The notes under the pieces were generated by a model. It was not told where the DNA came from, did not search any database, and saw nothing but the letters and a program-made list of their open reading frames with translations. A DNA stretch of 64,000 nt from Candidatus Heimdallarchaeota archaeon. Its GTDB lineage: Archaea > Asgardarchaeota > Heimdallarchaeia > Heimdallarchaeales > Heimdallarchaeaceae. Of this stretch, positions 19,348-28,524 are shown one piece after another. The stretch lies in the NCBI GenBank assembly GCA_019057815.1, contig JAHLWR010000004.1, positions 154,617 to 218,616 of the forward strand, written 5' to 3'. The translations under genes were made by a program, and so were the position numbers. How positions within the stretch are numbered: the first letter of the stretch is position 1; every line of letters begins with the position of its first letter.

Positions 19348-20898
19348 TTAAAGAAACTTAATCGGTTCTGGTATCTCATCCACATATTTAAGGAAACTTT
19401 CAGGCCAATTTTTCCTATCTAGTCCTTTTTGAGCAATAAATGCTGTAAGGATTCTCTCGAAAGATCCTCCACCACATCCAGACCACAATTCTATGTTTCC
19501 TTCAGCTTTTACTGTGAATCCTTTAGGATATTTATGACCAATGATAGAGATGTTTTGTATCTCTAACCATTCACTATCTTCTCTTGAACCTCTGTAAGGC
19601 ATATAGGTTTCGTAGTCAATTGTTCCTACAATCAATTCATCTTCAACACTTGTTTCACCTTGAGAAGCTTGTTCAAGCCACCAAGGCATAACTCTTGCTT
19701 CTCGAACTTCAAGTTCCAGAACTTTTTCAAACACTTCTCTTATTTTATATCTGGTTTCAACACCTATTTTCTTGACTTGTTCGGGAGATCCAATAAACAA
19801 TGTCTCAATTCTATGTAGTTCATCTACTCTTTCAAAACCAAAAGCTGAACCTGATTCGTAACGATATGTGGGACCACTCCAATCATAAATTTTGATTGGG
19901 AGGCTTTCTTTTGCTAAAGTCTTACCTTGTAACCAAGGCCAGAAAGGTGGACATTGGGCATAGGAGAGACCACCAATAGGAGCTGTGATTTTATCGGACA
20001 GCTTCTCTGCTGGTATCGTCTTAGTTATCTTTATGAAATCAGCTATTTCTTCAAATAACTCAGGATTTGCTTCCTTAGGTTGAACAACAAAATATGGTTC
20101 GAATCCTCCTTGATAAAGCCCCTCTGCATGGCCTGATCTCAACCAGACAGACCAATCAACAAGTTTAGGAATCATCATCTGATGAAAGCATAGCGGCTGA
20201 TAAACTACATCTACCATTATTTTCTTTACAGCTTCTGCAAGAGTTGTGATAGAAGGTGAAAGAATCCATTGATTACGATAATTTGTACGATGAATCCAGT
20301 TAGCTTTTTGGAGTAGTGTTGTAGGGTTATCATCTGTATAAAGTTCTCTTTCACCGGAATACCAGACTATTTCATGATGTTCTTTTTTTGCACCATGCAT
20401 TTGTTTAGAGATTTTTTCACTTACAAGTTTTATTATTCTTTCAACTGCTCCTTTTTCAATGAAATCTTCCTCCATCTTAGGATCAATTGTAATTAAAGCT
20501 ATTTTTTTACCTTTAACCTCTTTGAACTCTATTGACTCGGTTAGAGGAAGAGAGAAAGCGCTTTCAGGTATAGTTTCAATTTCAGTTTCAATAACATATT
20601 TAATGAATTCAAAACCTCTTACTCCAACTCGAAATTTCTTACCTATAGCTGGACCAAGTTGTTTACGGATTCTCAAAATAGCTACATGAGGAGAAATAGA
20701 GTTGTCTGAAGAAATATCTATTTTTAATTTCATATCTCCAATTTTCCATTTTTCGATTTTGAACTTGCCTTCTTCTTTAGTTTGATTGATTTTTGATGTA
20801 AAATCATTAAAGAATTTAGTGAGTTCTTCTTCACTTTCAGAAGGTAAAGTTCCACTAAGGATAAAGGATGCTTCTAGATATTGTTTCATTATTGTCAT
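19348..20898 (-). CDS. serS: Seryl-tRNA synthetase, methanogen (type-2) form
   Basis: Alpha/beta N-domain HVAILRIRKQL..GKKFRVGVRG; YAQCPPF, YRYESG, ERVDELHRIE, WSGC (Cys/Glu/Cys Zn ligands). Confidence 0.92.
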   Translation of the reverse strand: MTIMKQYLEASFILSGTLPSESEEELTKFFNDFTSKINQTKEEGKFKIEKWKIGDMKLKIDISSDNSISPHVAILRIRKQLGPAIGKKFRVGVRGFEFIKYVIETEIETIPESAFSLPLTESIEFKEVKGKKIALITIDPKMEEDFIEKGAVERIIKLVSEKISKQMHGAKKEHHEIVWYSGERELYTDDNPTTLLQKANWIHRTNYRNQWILSPSITTLAEAVKKIMVDVVYQPLCFHQMMIPKLVDWSVWLRSGHAEGLYQGGFEPYFVVQPKEANPELFEEIADFIKITKTIPAEKLSDKITAPIGGLSYAQCPPFWPWLQGKTLAKESLPIKIYDWSGPTYRYESGSAFGFERVDELHRIETLFIGSPEQVKKIGVETRYKIREVFEKVLELEVREARVMPWWLEQASQGETSVEDELIVGTIDYETYMPYRGSREDSEWLEIQNISIIGHKYPKGFTVKAEGNIELWSGCGGGSFERILTAFIAQKGLDRKNWPESFLKYVDEIPEPIKFL

Positions 20899-20931
20899 TC
20901 TAGAATAATTTATAGCTATTTTAACTGTTAT

Positions 20932-21297
20932 GGCAGAAGTCCCATTACTTTAGGTGGGGGATGAATGCTAGATGGTTTACTTTAGTATAGAATCAGCTTT
21001 TTATACTGAAAAAAGAACTAAGAGGATGAACTTATGCTAACCTACAAAGTGCAACTGTACCCTAGTAAACAGCAACAAGCAAAATTCATTGAACAGTTGG
21101 ATATTTGTAGAAAACTCTATAATAAACTATTAGAAGAGTACAAGAAAGCGCGAGAGAAGGGAGAAAAAATCACACAGATCAAAACTCAATTTTTTATAGT
21201 TTCACTAAAAAACAACTCTATGCCTGAATTGAAGGAGCGTTTCAATGGTTATTGCTCTTTTTTTTGTCTTTTTCAGTTCTTAAATAGTCCATTATAA
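20932..21297 (+). mobile_element. tnpB: IS200/IS605 relic: left-end hairpin plus truncated tnpB (HTH only)
   Basis: ggcagaagtcccattactttaggtgggggatgaatgc end motif; ORF 21034 MLTYKVQLYPSKQQ...ICRKLYN (HTH_OrfB_IS605), broken at the 3' end of the convergent ABC gene. Confidence 0.85.
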
Positions 21298-23002
21298 CAT
21301 CCTTGAGATAATCTTCTGTTACTCTAACATCACTTACGAACTTTCCATCATCCATCATTAAATGACGAAAACCTGGTCGAAGTAGAGTCAAGTCATGAGA
21401 GCATATTATCATTGTTGTTTTATGAAGTTTAACTGTGTTTATTAGAAGATCAACAATTATCCTAGCTAATTCGCTATCAACGTTGGCTGTGGGTTCATCT
21501 GCTAGAAGTATAGGAGTATATCTATTCAAAGCGACTGCAAGGCTTACTCTTTGCATTTCACCTGAAGAAAGTTCATCAGGGTAGTATTGAAACTTATGGT
21601 CAATCATACATTGTTTAGCTGTTTCTATAGCGATATCTTTATTGAATCTAGATTTCAAGAAGAGAAATGGAATAATCATATTATCTCTAACAGATATAGG
21701 ACTGAATAGATTGGATAATTGTGTGATAAAAGCAATGTTCTTTAATCTGAAATCTGCTCTAGCATCGTCATCTTCCTCTCCTAGCTCAAAACCATTTATT
21801 TTGATAGTTCCTTCATTTTGCTTTAAGAGTCCGGCTAGAAGATTCATGAAAGTAGTTTTACCTACTCCTGAAGGTCCAGAAATAAAGATGAAATCACCTT
21901 GGTTAACAGTTAGATTCATCTCTTTCAAGACAAGATGAAATCCTGCTTCTGATTGATAACCTTTCGTTAACTCTCTTATTTCTATAATTGGTTTTGTATC
22001 TTTAGTTGGTTCAAATATTCTGCTGAACAAGTGTTTAACATCGTCATATTGAGTACCTTTTTCTTCTAGTATTTGTTCATCTTCTGACGTGACCAAAGAT
22101 TCAAAGATTTCTTCTCTATTATAGTTTTCAGGATTCCACATAATAGCTAGCTTTCTAGAAGGGTGGACTTCAAATTCAGCAGTAGATCTTATAGCAATAG
22201 CTGCTCTAACTGTATCAGGAATACGAACAAGATTTGAGCTGTCAACATGGACTTTCTTTAAACTAGAAGCACCATGTAAAAAGTCAAGTTCTTTTTTGCT
22301 AGAATCTTTTTGGATACCAACAAGGCGACCGTCCTGAATTAGGTAGCTTTTCTCAAAAACGTTTCGGAACCTAATGTCATGGGTGACTACAAGAACTGTT
22401 TTTCCTGTTTCTCTATTGATATTTCTCATGCTTTCAATAACGTCCAGAGTATTTTTTGTATCTAGCTGACCTGTGGGTTCGTCCGCCAGAAGTAATGGAT
22501 TATCATGTTTAGCTAATGCTGTACCTATGCTTAGTCTTATAGCTTCCCCTCCTGAGATTTTAGTTACTTTATTATCTTTTACATGCGAAAGATTGAGGAT
22601 TTCTAGTATCTCTTTTACTTCTTTTTTTGCTTCCTCTCTAGGTTGGTAAAACATCTTCTTTAACATTAGCAGATTCTCCTCTACAGTTAATCTAGCAAAG
22701 ATATTTCTACCTACGAATTGGTTGACCATACCGATATTCTCGAATCTGAATTGTCTTCTTTCTTTATCTGTCATCAAATCTAGTCTTTGATTGTTTACAG
22801 TTATCATACCACCTGATGGAGTGTCATTTCCTGATAGTAAGTTAGTTAAAGTGGTTTTTCCAGCACCTGAAGGACCAATGATGGAGACTAACTCTCCTTC
22901 ATTTATGGTCATATTTATTCCTCTTAGAGCAGGTACTCTATACTCTGTGACCGGATCATAATATATCTTCATTACATCAACACATTCTAACATTTTTTTC
23001 AC
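21242..23002 (-). CDS. Double-NBD ABC ATPase with central AbrB-like domain (paralog of 7240-8982)
   Basis: DPVTEYRVPALRG, two Walker A/B sets, VHVDSSNLVRIPDTVR, CSHDLTLLRPGFRH. Confidence 0.93.
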   Translation of the reverse strand: MKKMLECVDVMKIYYDPVTEYRVPALRGINMTINEGELVSIIGPSGAGKTTLTNLLSGNDTPSGGMITVNNQRLDLMTDKERRQFRFENIGMVNQFVGRNIFARLTVEENLLMLKKMFYQPREEAKKEVKEILEILNLSHVKDNKVTKISGGEAIRLSIGTALAKHDNPLLLADEPTGQLDTKNTLDVIESMRNINRETGKTVLVVTHDIRFRNVFEKSYLIQDGRLVGIQKDSSKKELDFLHGASSLKKVHVDSSNLVRIPDTVRAAIAIRSTAEFEVHPSRKLAIMWNPENYNREEIFESLVTSEDEQILEEKGTQYDDVKHLFSRIFEPTKDTKPIIEIRELTKGYQSEAGFHLVLKEMNLTVNQGDFIFISGPSGVGKTTFMNLLAGLLKQNEGTIKINGFELGEEDDDARADFRLKNIAFITQLSNLFSPISVRDNMIIPFLFLKSRFNKDIAIETAKQCMIDHKFQYYPDELSSGEMQRVSLAVALNRYTPILLADEPTANVDSELARIIVDLLINTVKLHKTTMIICSHDLTLLRPGFRHLMMDDGKFVSDVRVTEDYLKDVIMDYLRTEKDKKKSNNH

Positions 23003-26000
23003 TCCAAATTCTGTGGTTGATATCTTGCGAAATTAGTTTTAAATGTCGTATAATACAATGTGTAAAACAACACAGGCGCTATAACGAAACACATTATTAT
23101 TCCTATGAGTGGTACCTTTATGACGTAATTTATTCCTTCATAGAAATATACATTTATCATATAGAGAAAGATTTGCATTAGACCAAAACCAGCTGCTGTT
23201 CCAATAGCTAATCCTGGCAATAGTCCTGCAATAAAAATCTCTAAAGCTGTCATCCTTATTATTCGCTTTTTTGATATTCCCATTTTCATTAATTTGTCAT
23301 ATTTAGCAGCTCTTCTTCCAAGAAGCTTAATTGGGTTCGTGACACTTATGAAAACTATTGCAGCTATACAAACTAATAGAGCAAAAACGAACTCTGCGAC
23401 TATTACTGAATAAAATGGGAATGTGTTAAATCGCATATCTTCTGCTTCTTCTTTAGCTGAAACGACTTTAATATCCCATCTTTCAGCGATTTCTTCTGCT
23501 AATTCCTTATGATTCTCAAATTCATCCTTTAGATTGATTAAAAGTCTGTCTCTATATGTACCTTTAATAGAATCGAAAGTTTCTTCCATTAAAACAAAAT
23601 TTTCTTGAGTCGTAACTAATGCATTTTTTCTTGAAATAACAGTTTCATCATAAGGACCATATGCGTGGAAAACTGGGAAGTAATCAAATTCACCAATTAT
23701 GTTGAATTCTACTCCTTCAGTAACAGAACCATCGTAGATGAATTTGAACTCATCGATGTCACCTTCTTTGTTCACAAATATTTGGAAAGGTTCTGAAACA
23801 AGCATTGATGTATTTTGTTTAAGAGTTGGTAGATCCGTCTCCCAATTCCGATACATCTTTTTCGGTATCCGATACGCTGTTTGTATGAAGTCGTCTATAT
23901 CGTCAATTGCGTAAATGTCAACACTTTTACCTTTGTATATAGTATCAATTAAGGAGACATTAGCAACACTTTCTACTTCAGGAAGAGATTTTATATAATT
24001 TAGAATCGTAATATTCTGGTCGTCCCAATACTTAACATAAAGATCGCTTCCTGCAGCGAAATAAGCATCTTTTTCATAATTATATTGGATTGTTATTGGG
24101 ACAACAAATGATGGGATTAGAATAGCAAAGATTGTTATGTAAGATAGGAAAATGTTATTGAAGAGTTCAACATCTGACCTTATTTCTACAAGTGAGAACG
24201 TTTTAATCGTCTTCCTTATTGCCCATAAAACCTTACTTAAAACAATCATGAAAATGTTGTGAATATCCTTTATTAGTAATCCAACTCCCAATAACAGGAT
24301 TAATATCCCTATTCCAGCCATATAGATAAATGACATCAGAATCGTTACTCCTTGAACAGGATCAAGTCTACCTTCAAGGAAGCTTCTTAGAAAAATAGCT
24401 CCAGCTACTATACCTCCACCGATTAGAATTAGTAAGAGTCTATTGCGTTTGATTTTCGTTAATAAACTTGAAAGTCTTCTTGGTACCTTTCTATCTTTAG
24501 TTTTTTTCCCTTTAGAAAGCTGTATAACTTTTGGCAGAGAAACTAAAACTAAAGAAAAGAAAGAAAATACCATAGCTAATTTTGCATAAGAAAAACTTAT
24601 TGAGTAAAATGTAGCTTTGAAGCTGAGTAAATTATCTATTTTTAGTAGTAATGGGACTAATATCATCGCCCCCCCTATTCCAATGAATGTTGCTATTAAT
24701 GATTCTGCGAATTTAAAAGATGTGTATTTTATTCCAATCTTGAAGATTGATTCACCTTTTGATTGTAAAATGTCAATCTCTTGCTCAAAGCTAGTAGTAA
24801 AAAGTTCGTTTGTTTCAAAAACAAGAAATATGGCCAGGAAAAGTACAGGTACAGCTAATATGTAAAATAAGAATTGTGAAGATGCTAGGTTAGGCTCGAA
24901 AATGTTAATTATCATTATGAATTCATTTTCTTGTGTCCACCATCCAGAAGGAGCAAATTTTAAAGAATGATAGTTTTCTAAAACTAAATTATTGACTTCA
25001 TTCTTCAAATAGGATATCTCATTTAGTTCTATAAGATTAAAATCGTAAATGAATTGAATATCAAGGGTTATCAATGTATTTAATGGTTCAATTTCAGAAA
25101 TACTATCGAAATATAAGTCATGGAAAGTGAAAGCACAAAACATTTTCTGAAGATCCTTTGAAATATCAAAGGGAACGTTGTTTTCAATACACAACTCCTT
25201 CAAGTCTACTGAATAAGTGTCAAATAGGCCTACTACAGTGAAGTTGGCATAAGTACTTCCTAAATGATAAATATAGTTGGTTCCCCAGCACGTGATATTT
25301 TCACCAACTCCTGTTTCCATGGAGATTGCGGTAGCATATGATAAGATAATTTCTCCTTTTTCTTCAGGAACTCTACCTTCGATAAGTAGACTCTCTATAA
25401 TTGGAAGATAATTGTCTGAAAGTCCAATGTAACTGCTTGTTTGAATAGTACTATAGAGAATGTCGCCAGTTAAAGTCATTGTTATTGACATTGAATATTC
25501 AAAACCTACAATCATCTTATCTAAGGTAACAGATTGTCTTGATATAGTCTCAAATACTTCGTTAAAAACCAATCCAGGAAAATCAGAAATAAAAGTTCCT
25601 TCTTGAGGGTGATATCTATTTTCATAAGGATAAAATACGCTTAATGAAGGCAAATTGTTACTAGTCAGATCTATTTGTTCAGTATATTCTATTAAGATAT
25701 TTTGTTGTTTTGAATCAAATAGAATCACGCTGGTAATTATAATAATTGACAAAACTGATAAACCTAATATACTAACCAAATAACGTCTTTTATTAGCTTT
25801 AAAAAGTATAAAAAGCGTTGTAAAGAAATTAAAAATAAAAAGCCAAAAGTTTAACGCAACAAGTTTTGCTTTTTTTGTATTTTGGTAAACTGGTCTAGTT
25901 AAGAATTTCTTTATATTTGCATATATTTTGTTTATCCACTTGAAAAAGATCAAGTAAATCAAACCTAAGCTTACAATAACTATTGTCAAAGGCATTCCAG

Positions 26001-27318
26001 CTTTTTGCCAGAATAATGAAAAAGCAGTCAATTTCTCAATGTAGTAGTAAATTGCTTTTTCTGGCAAATCTAAAGGTAAATTGCTAGTGATAAGAAATGA
26101 AATATAACTGGTATTATAGAATAAAGGTTCATCTAAATATGACTTGGATAATAGAGTTGTTCTACAAAAGACATAAGATTCTTGATTCCTCCAATCCATT
26201 GAAAAAGAACTAAAAATATCTCCTGGGACAGCGTGGGAGAGAGAAATTAACTCTTTCGAAATGTCTGTTTGATTAGCTTTTACGATTACTATGTCAGCAC
26301 TATATTCCTTATTTGAAAAGAAGTTTTCATAACTCATATACGGACCAGAGCTTATTCCTACGTATGTGTTGTTACCTAAAGTTTGTAGTTGTATGTCTAG
26401 ATATTTATAAACCCCTATATCGATTTCTTTAAACATAGCAAAACTGACATCTGATTCAATAGGAAACACACATGAATAGAGTTTCCCATTTCTCAAAAGA
26501 ACATAATGACCCATTTCTTTGTCATCAATATCTAACAAAGTGTCGAATTCTCCTTCAGTGGAAAACCATTGACTCACTATGGTATTCTCTTCTTGCGATG
26601 TTCTGATGATTGTGTGATTCCTAAATCCTTCTCCTCCCCCTGTCAATAGAAAGAATGCATAGACCGTTCCATTTACCCAGAAGATTTTTTGGAGATTGGG
26701 ATAATCTATAAGGATTTTCCAACTATCCTCTTCGATGTTTGAAGGACCTTTTATTGAGAAATGCCATACCCGCACATAAGTCCGCTCTGAAAGCATGCTG
26801 TAAGGTACACTCTCCCCAATTATTAGATGAAAATCTTCTGCATTTTTATACATCCAAAAATTAAGTGTTTGCCATCGGGGATTAGTAGCGAAAATAGGCG
26901 TGACTTCTCCTCCAGAACTGTAAGTCCAAGTGTAAATTTTGAAGTCATAATATGCTGTGCTTCCTCTATAAGCAAAAATCAGTTGAACTCCATCATCGAC
27001 ATCTGAAACTTCGAAGATTTCTTCAACATATTCTTCTTTAACAACTAAGTGTGTCTGGTTACCATGAACATGATAAATAACAAAAGTACCATTTTCATAC
27101 CTAACTTGAACAAAAAGGTGAAGAGCATTTCTGTCATCAAGAATTGTCTTGGTCTGAATTTTTGTAATAGTTAGTTCTTGCTCAAGGAGAAAATAAACTT
27201 GTTCGTTTTCAGCATAATCCTCTTGTATTGATGAATGAACGATAAAATCATTTGTAGCAACTATAGAAAAAGTGAACAATAGTAGAATGCTTAAGACTAG
27301 TAACTTTCGCTTTATCAC
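22999..27318 (-). CDS. Giant FtsX/MacB-type permease (paralog of 2915-7243)
   Basis: Same architecture and length; EGRVP, KANKRR, GSDLYV, FPFYSVIVAEF; C-terminus YQPQNLE with GTGA overlap. Confidence 0.88.
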   Translation of the reverse strand: MIKRKLLVLSILLLFTFSIVATNDFIVHSSIQEDYAENEQVYFLLEQELTITKIQTKTILDDRNALHLFVQVRYENGTFVIYHVHGNQTHLVVKEEYVEEIFEVSDVDDGVQLIFAYRGSTAYYDFKIYTWTYSSGGEVTPIFATNPRWQTLNFWMYKNAEDFHLIIGESVPYSMLSERTYVRVWHFSIKGPSNIEEDSWKILIDYPNLQKIFWVNGTVYAFFLLTGGGEGFRNHTIIRTSQEENTIVSQWFSTEGEFDTLLDIDDKEMGHYVLLRNGKLYSCVFPIESDVSFAMFKEIDIGVYKYLDIQLQTLGNNTYVGISSGPYMSYENFFSNKEYSADIVIVKANQTDISKELISLSHAVPGDIFSSFSMDWRNQESYVFCRTTLLSKSYLDEPLFYNTSYISFLITSNLPLDLPEKAIYYYIEKLTAFSLFWQKAGMPLTIVIVSLGLIYLIFFKWINKIYANIKKFLTRPVYQNTKKAKLVALNFWLFIFNFFTTLFILFKANKRRYLVSILGLSVLSIIIITSVILFDSKQQNILIEYTEQIDLTSNNLPSLSVFYPYENRYHPQEGTFISDFPGLVFNEVFETISRQSVTLDKMIVGFEYSMSITMTLTGDILYSTIQTSSYIGLSDNYLPIIESLLIEGRVPEEKGEIILSYATAISMETGVGENITCWGTNYIYHLGSTYANFTVVGLFDTYSVDLKELCIENNVPFDISKDLQKMFCAFTFHDLYFDSISEIEPLNTLITLDIQFIYDFNLIELNEISYLKNEVNNLVLENYHSLKFAPSGWWTQENEFIMIINIFEPNLASSQFLFYILAVPVLFLAIFLVFETNELFTTSFEQEIDILQSKGESIFKIGIKYTSFKFAESLIATFIGIGGAMILVPLLLKIDNLLSFKATFYSISFSYAKLAMVFSFFSLVLVSLPKVIQLSKGKKTKDRKVPRRLSSLLTKIKRNRLLLILIGGGIVAGAIFLRSFLEGRLDPVQGVTILMSFIYMAGIGILILLLGVGLLIKDIHNIFMIVLSKVLWAIRKTIKTFSLVEIRSDVELFNNIFLSYITIFAILIPSFVVPITIQYNYEKDAYFAAGSDLYVKYWDDQNITILNYIKSLPEVESVANVSLIDTIYKGKSVDIYAIDDIDDFIQTAYRIPKKMYRNWETDLPTLKQNTSMLVSEPFQIFVNKEGDIDEFKFIYDGSVTEGVEFNIIGEFDYFPVFHAYGPYDETVISRKNALVTTQENFVLMEETFDSIKGTYRDRLLINLKDEFENHKELAEEIAERWDIKVVSAKEEAEDMRFNTFPFYSVIVAEFVFALLVCIAAIVFISVTNPIKLLGRRAAKYDKLMKMGISKKRIIRMTALEIFIAGLLPGLAIGTAAGFGLMQIFLYMINVYFYEGINYVIKVPLIGIIMCFVIAPVLFYTLYYTTFKTNFARYQPQNLE

Positions 27319-27368
27319 GTTTTTATGATTATTGAACTACTTATATATTTATCGTGCCTTGATGTTTA

Positions 27369-27470
27369 AAGTTTTGAGAATAGGTATTCTGAAATATTGA
27401 TGCTTCAGTCGTTAAAACTTGATTTTTAACCGAAAATGCTTGTTAAACACTTCAAGTTTTGAGAATAGGT
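27369..27470. promoter_or_regulatory. 17-bp direct repeat upstream of the ABC operon
   Basis: aagttttgagaataggt at 27369-27385 and 27454-27470. Confidence 0.55.
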
Positions 27471-27566
27471 TCATAATTTTTTTGTTGAAAAAAGTTCCGA
27501 AGTGATGATTGTAAGAAATTAAAATTAAAATAGAAGAGCTAAAATTTGTTGATCAACAAACTGATA

Positions 27567-28406
27567 TTAGCTTTCCTTTTCTTGTATTTTGTCTTTTTCA
27601 GACTCTTTCGTCATCCTTTTTGAAAGAAAACTGGCTAGTGCTAACATTATGATTAAAACCCCAAATATAATGTAAAATATGAGGTTAAACTGCCCAGCAG
27701 CAGCTTCAAATTGTTCTGGACTCAAACTAGCTATATAATCCGGAGAATGACCATCCAATAATTGGACACCAAAGAATGAATAAAATATTGCACGGGGAAT
27801 AGATCCAATAAATGTTGCAAGCGTGTATTGTTTCCATTTTAGATTCGATATGCCTGCAGCGTAAGATACTGGATCAAACATGATTATGGGAACAGCTCTT
27901 CCTACAATTATAGCCCATATCCCCCATTTTTCAATCCATATATCCATAAACAAAATGAAACGATCAGCAAAACCAACATATTCACCAGTAGCTTCTAAAA
28001 TAGGTCTTCCACCTTTATTGGAAAGGTAGTATGTGACTAATCCACTTAATAAGGAACCAACTGTTCCTATTATCACACCAGGCCATAATCCAAAAATCAT
28101 TCCTCCAGACAACAATATCAACTCTGAAGGGATAGGAACTATTAAACTTTGTAAAATCATTATACCTAAAAATACGATATAAGCCCAAAACCCAATCTCT
28201 AGTAAAGGAAGAATGAAGTAATCTTTAACTATTGTAAATAAAAATGTTTTATCTATAAATGTTAAAACTAAAACTGCTATAGAAATAATGACTATTAATA
28301 CAAAAGCACTTACAGCAATAATCTTTTTTTTCGTCCAAGAAACTTTCTTTCGACCTGCAGAAGTTCTTTTTTCTTCAACTATAGAATCTGTTTGTGATTC
28401 AGGCAT
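27567..28406 (-). CDS. TVP38/TMEM64 (DedA/VTT) family membrane protein
   Basis: PIPSELILLSGGMIFG, GRAVPIIMFDPVSYAAG, ATFIGSIP. Confidence 0.93.
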   Translation of the reverse strand: MPESQTDSIVEEKRTSAGRKKVSWTKKKIIAVSAFVLIVIISIAVLVLTFIDKTFLFTIVKDYFILPLLEIGFWAYIVFLGIMILQSLIVPIPSELILLSGGMIFGLWPGVIIGTVGSLLSGLVTYYLSNKGGRPILEATGEYVGFADRFILFMDIWIEKWGIWAIIVGRAVPIIMFDPVSYAAGISNLKWKQYTLATFIGSIPRAIFYSFFGVQLLDGHSPDYIASLSPEQFEAAAGQFNLIFYIIFGVLIIMLALASFLSKRMTKESEKDKIQEKES

Positions 28407-28524
28407 CGACTTGATTTTTGCACAATACTACAAAAATCTTGCTCTTTGGGTCAACACTCGCAGATTAAGCGCTAAAGAACAATCATTAAGTTTCTTGGAG
28501 AAATAAACAAAAGTTCATATATGT

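Noticed and set aside
16366-21297. The two IS605 ends forming one composite element around ltaE-serS
   Set aside because: Orientations are incompatible: the left end and tnpB point away on the plus strand while the right end is on the minus strand.
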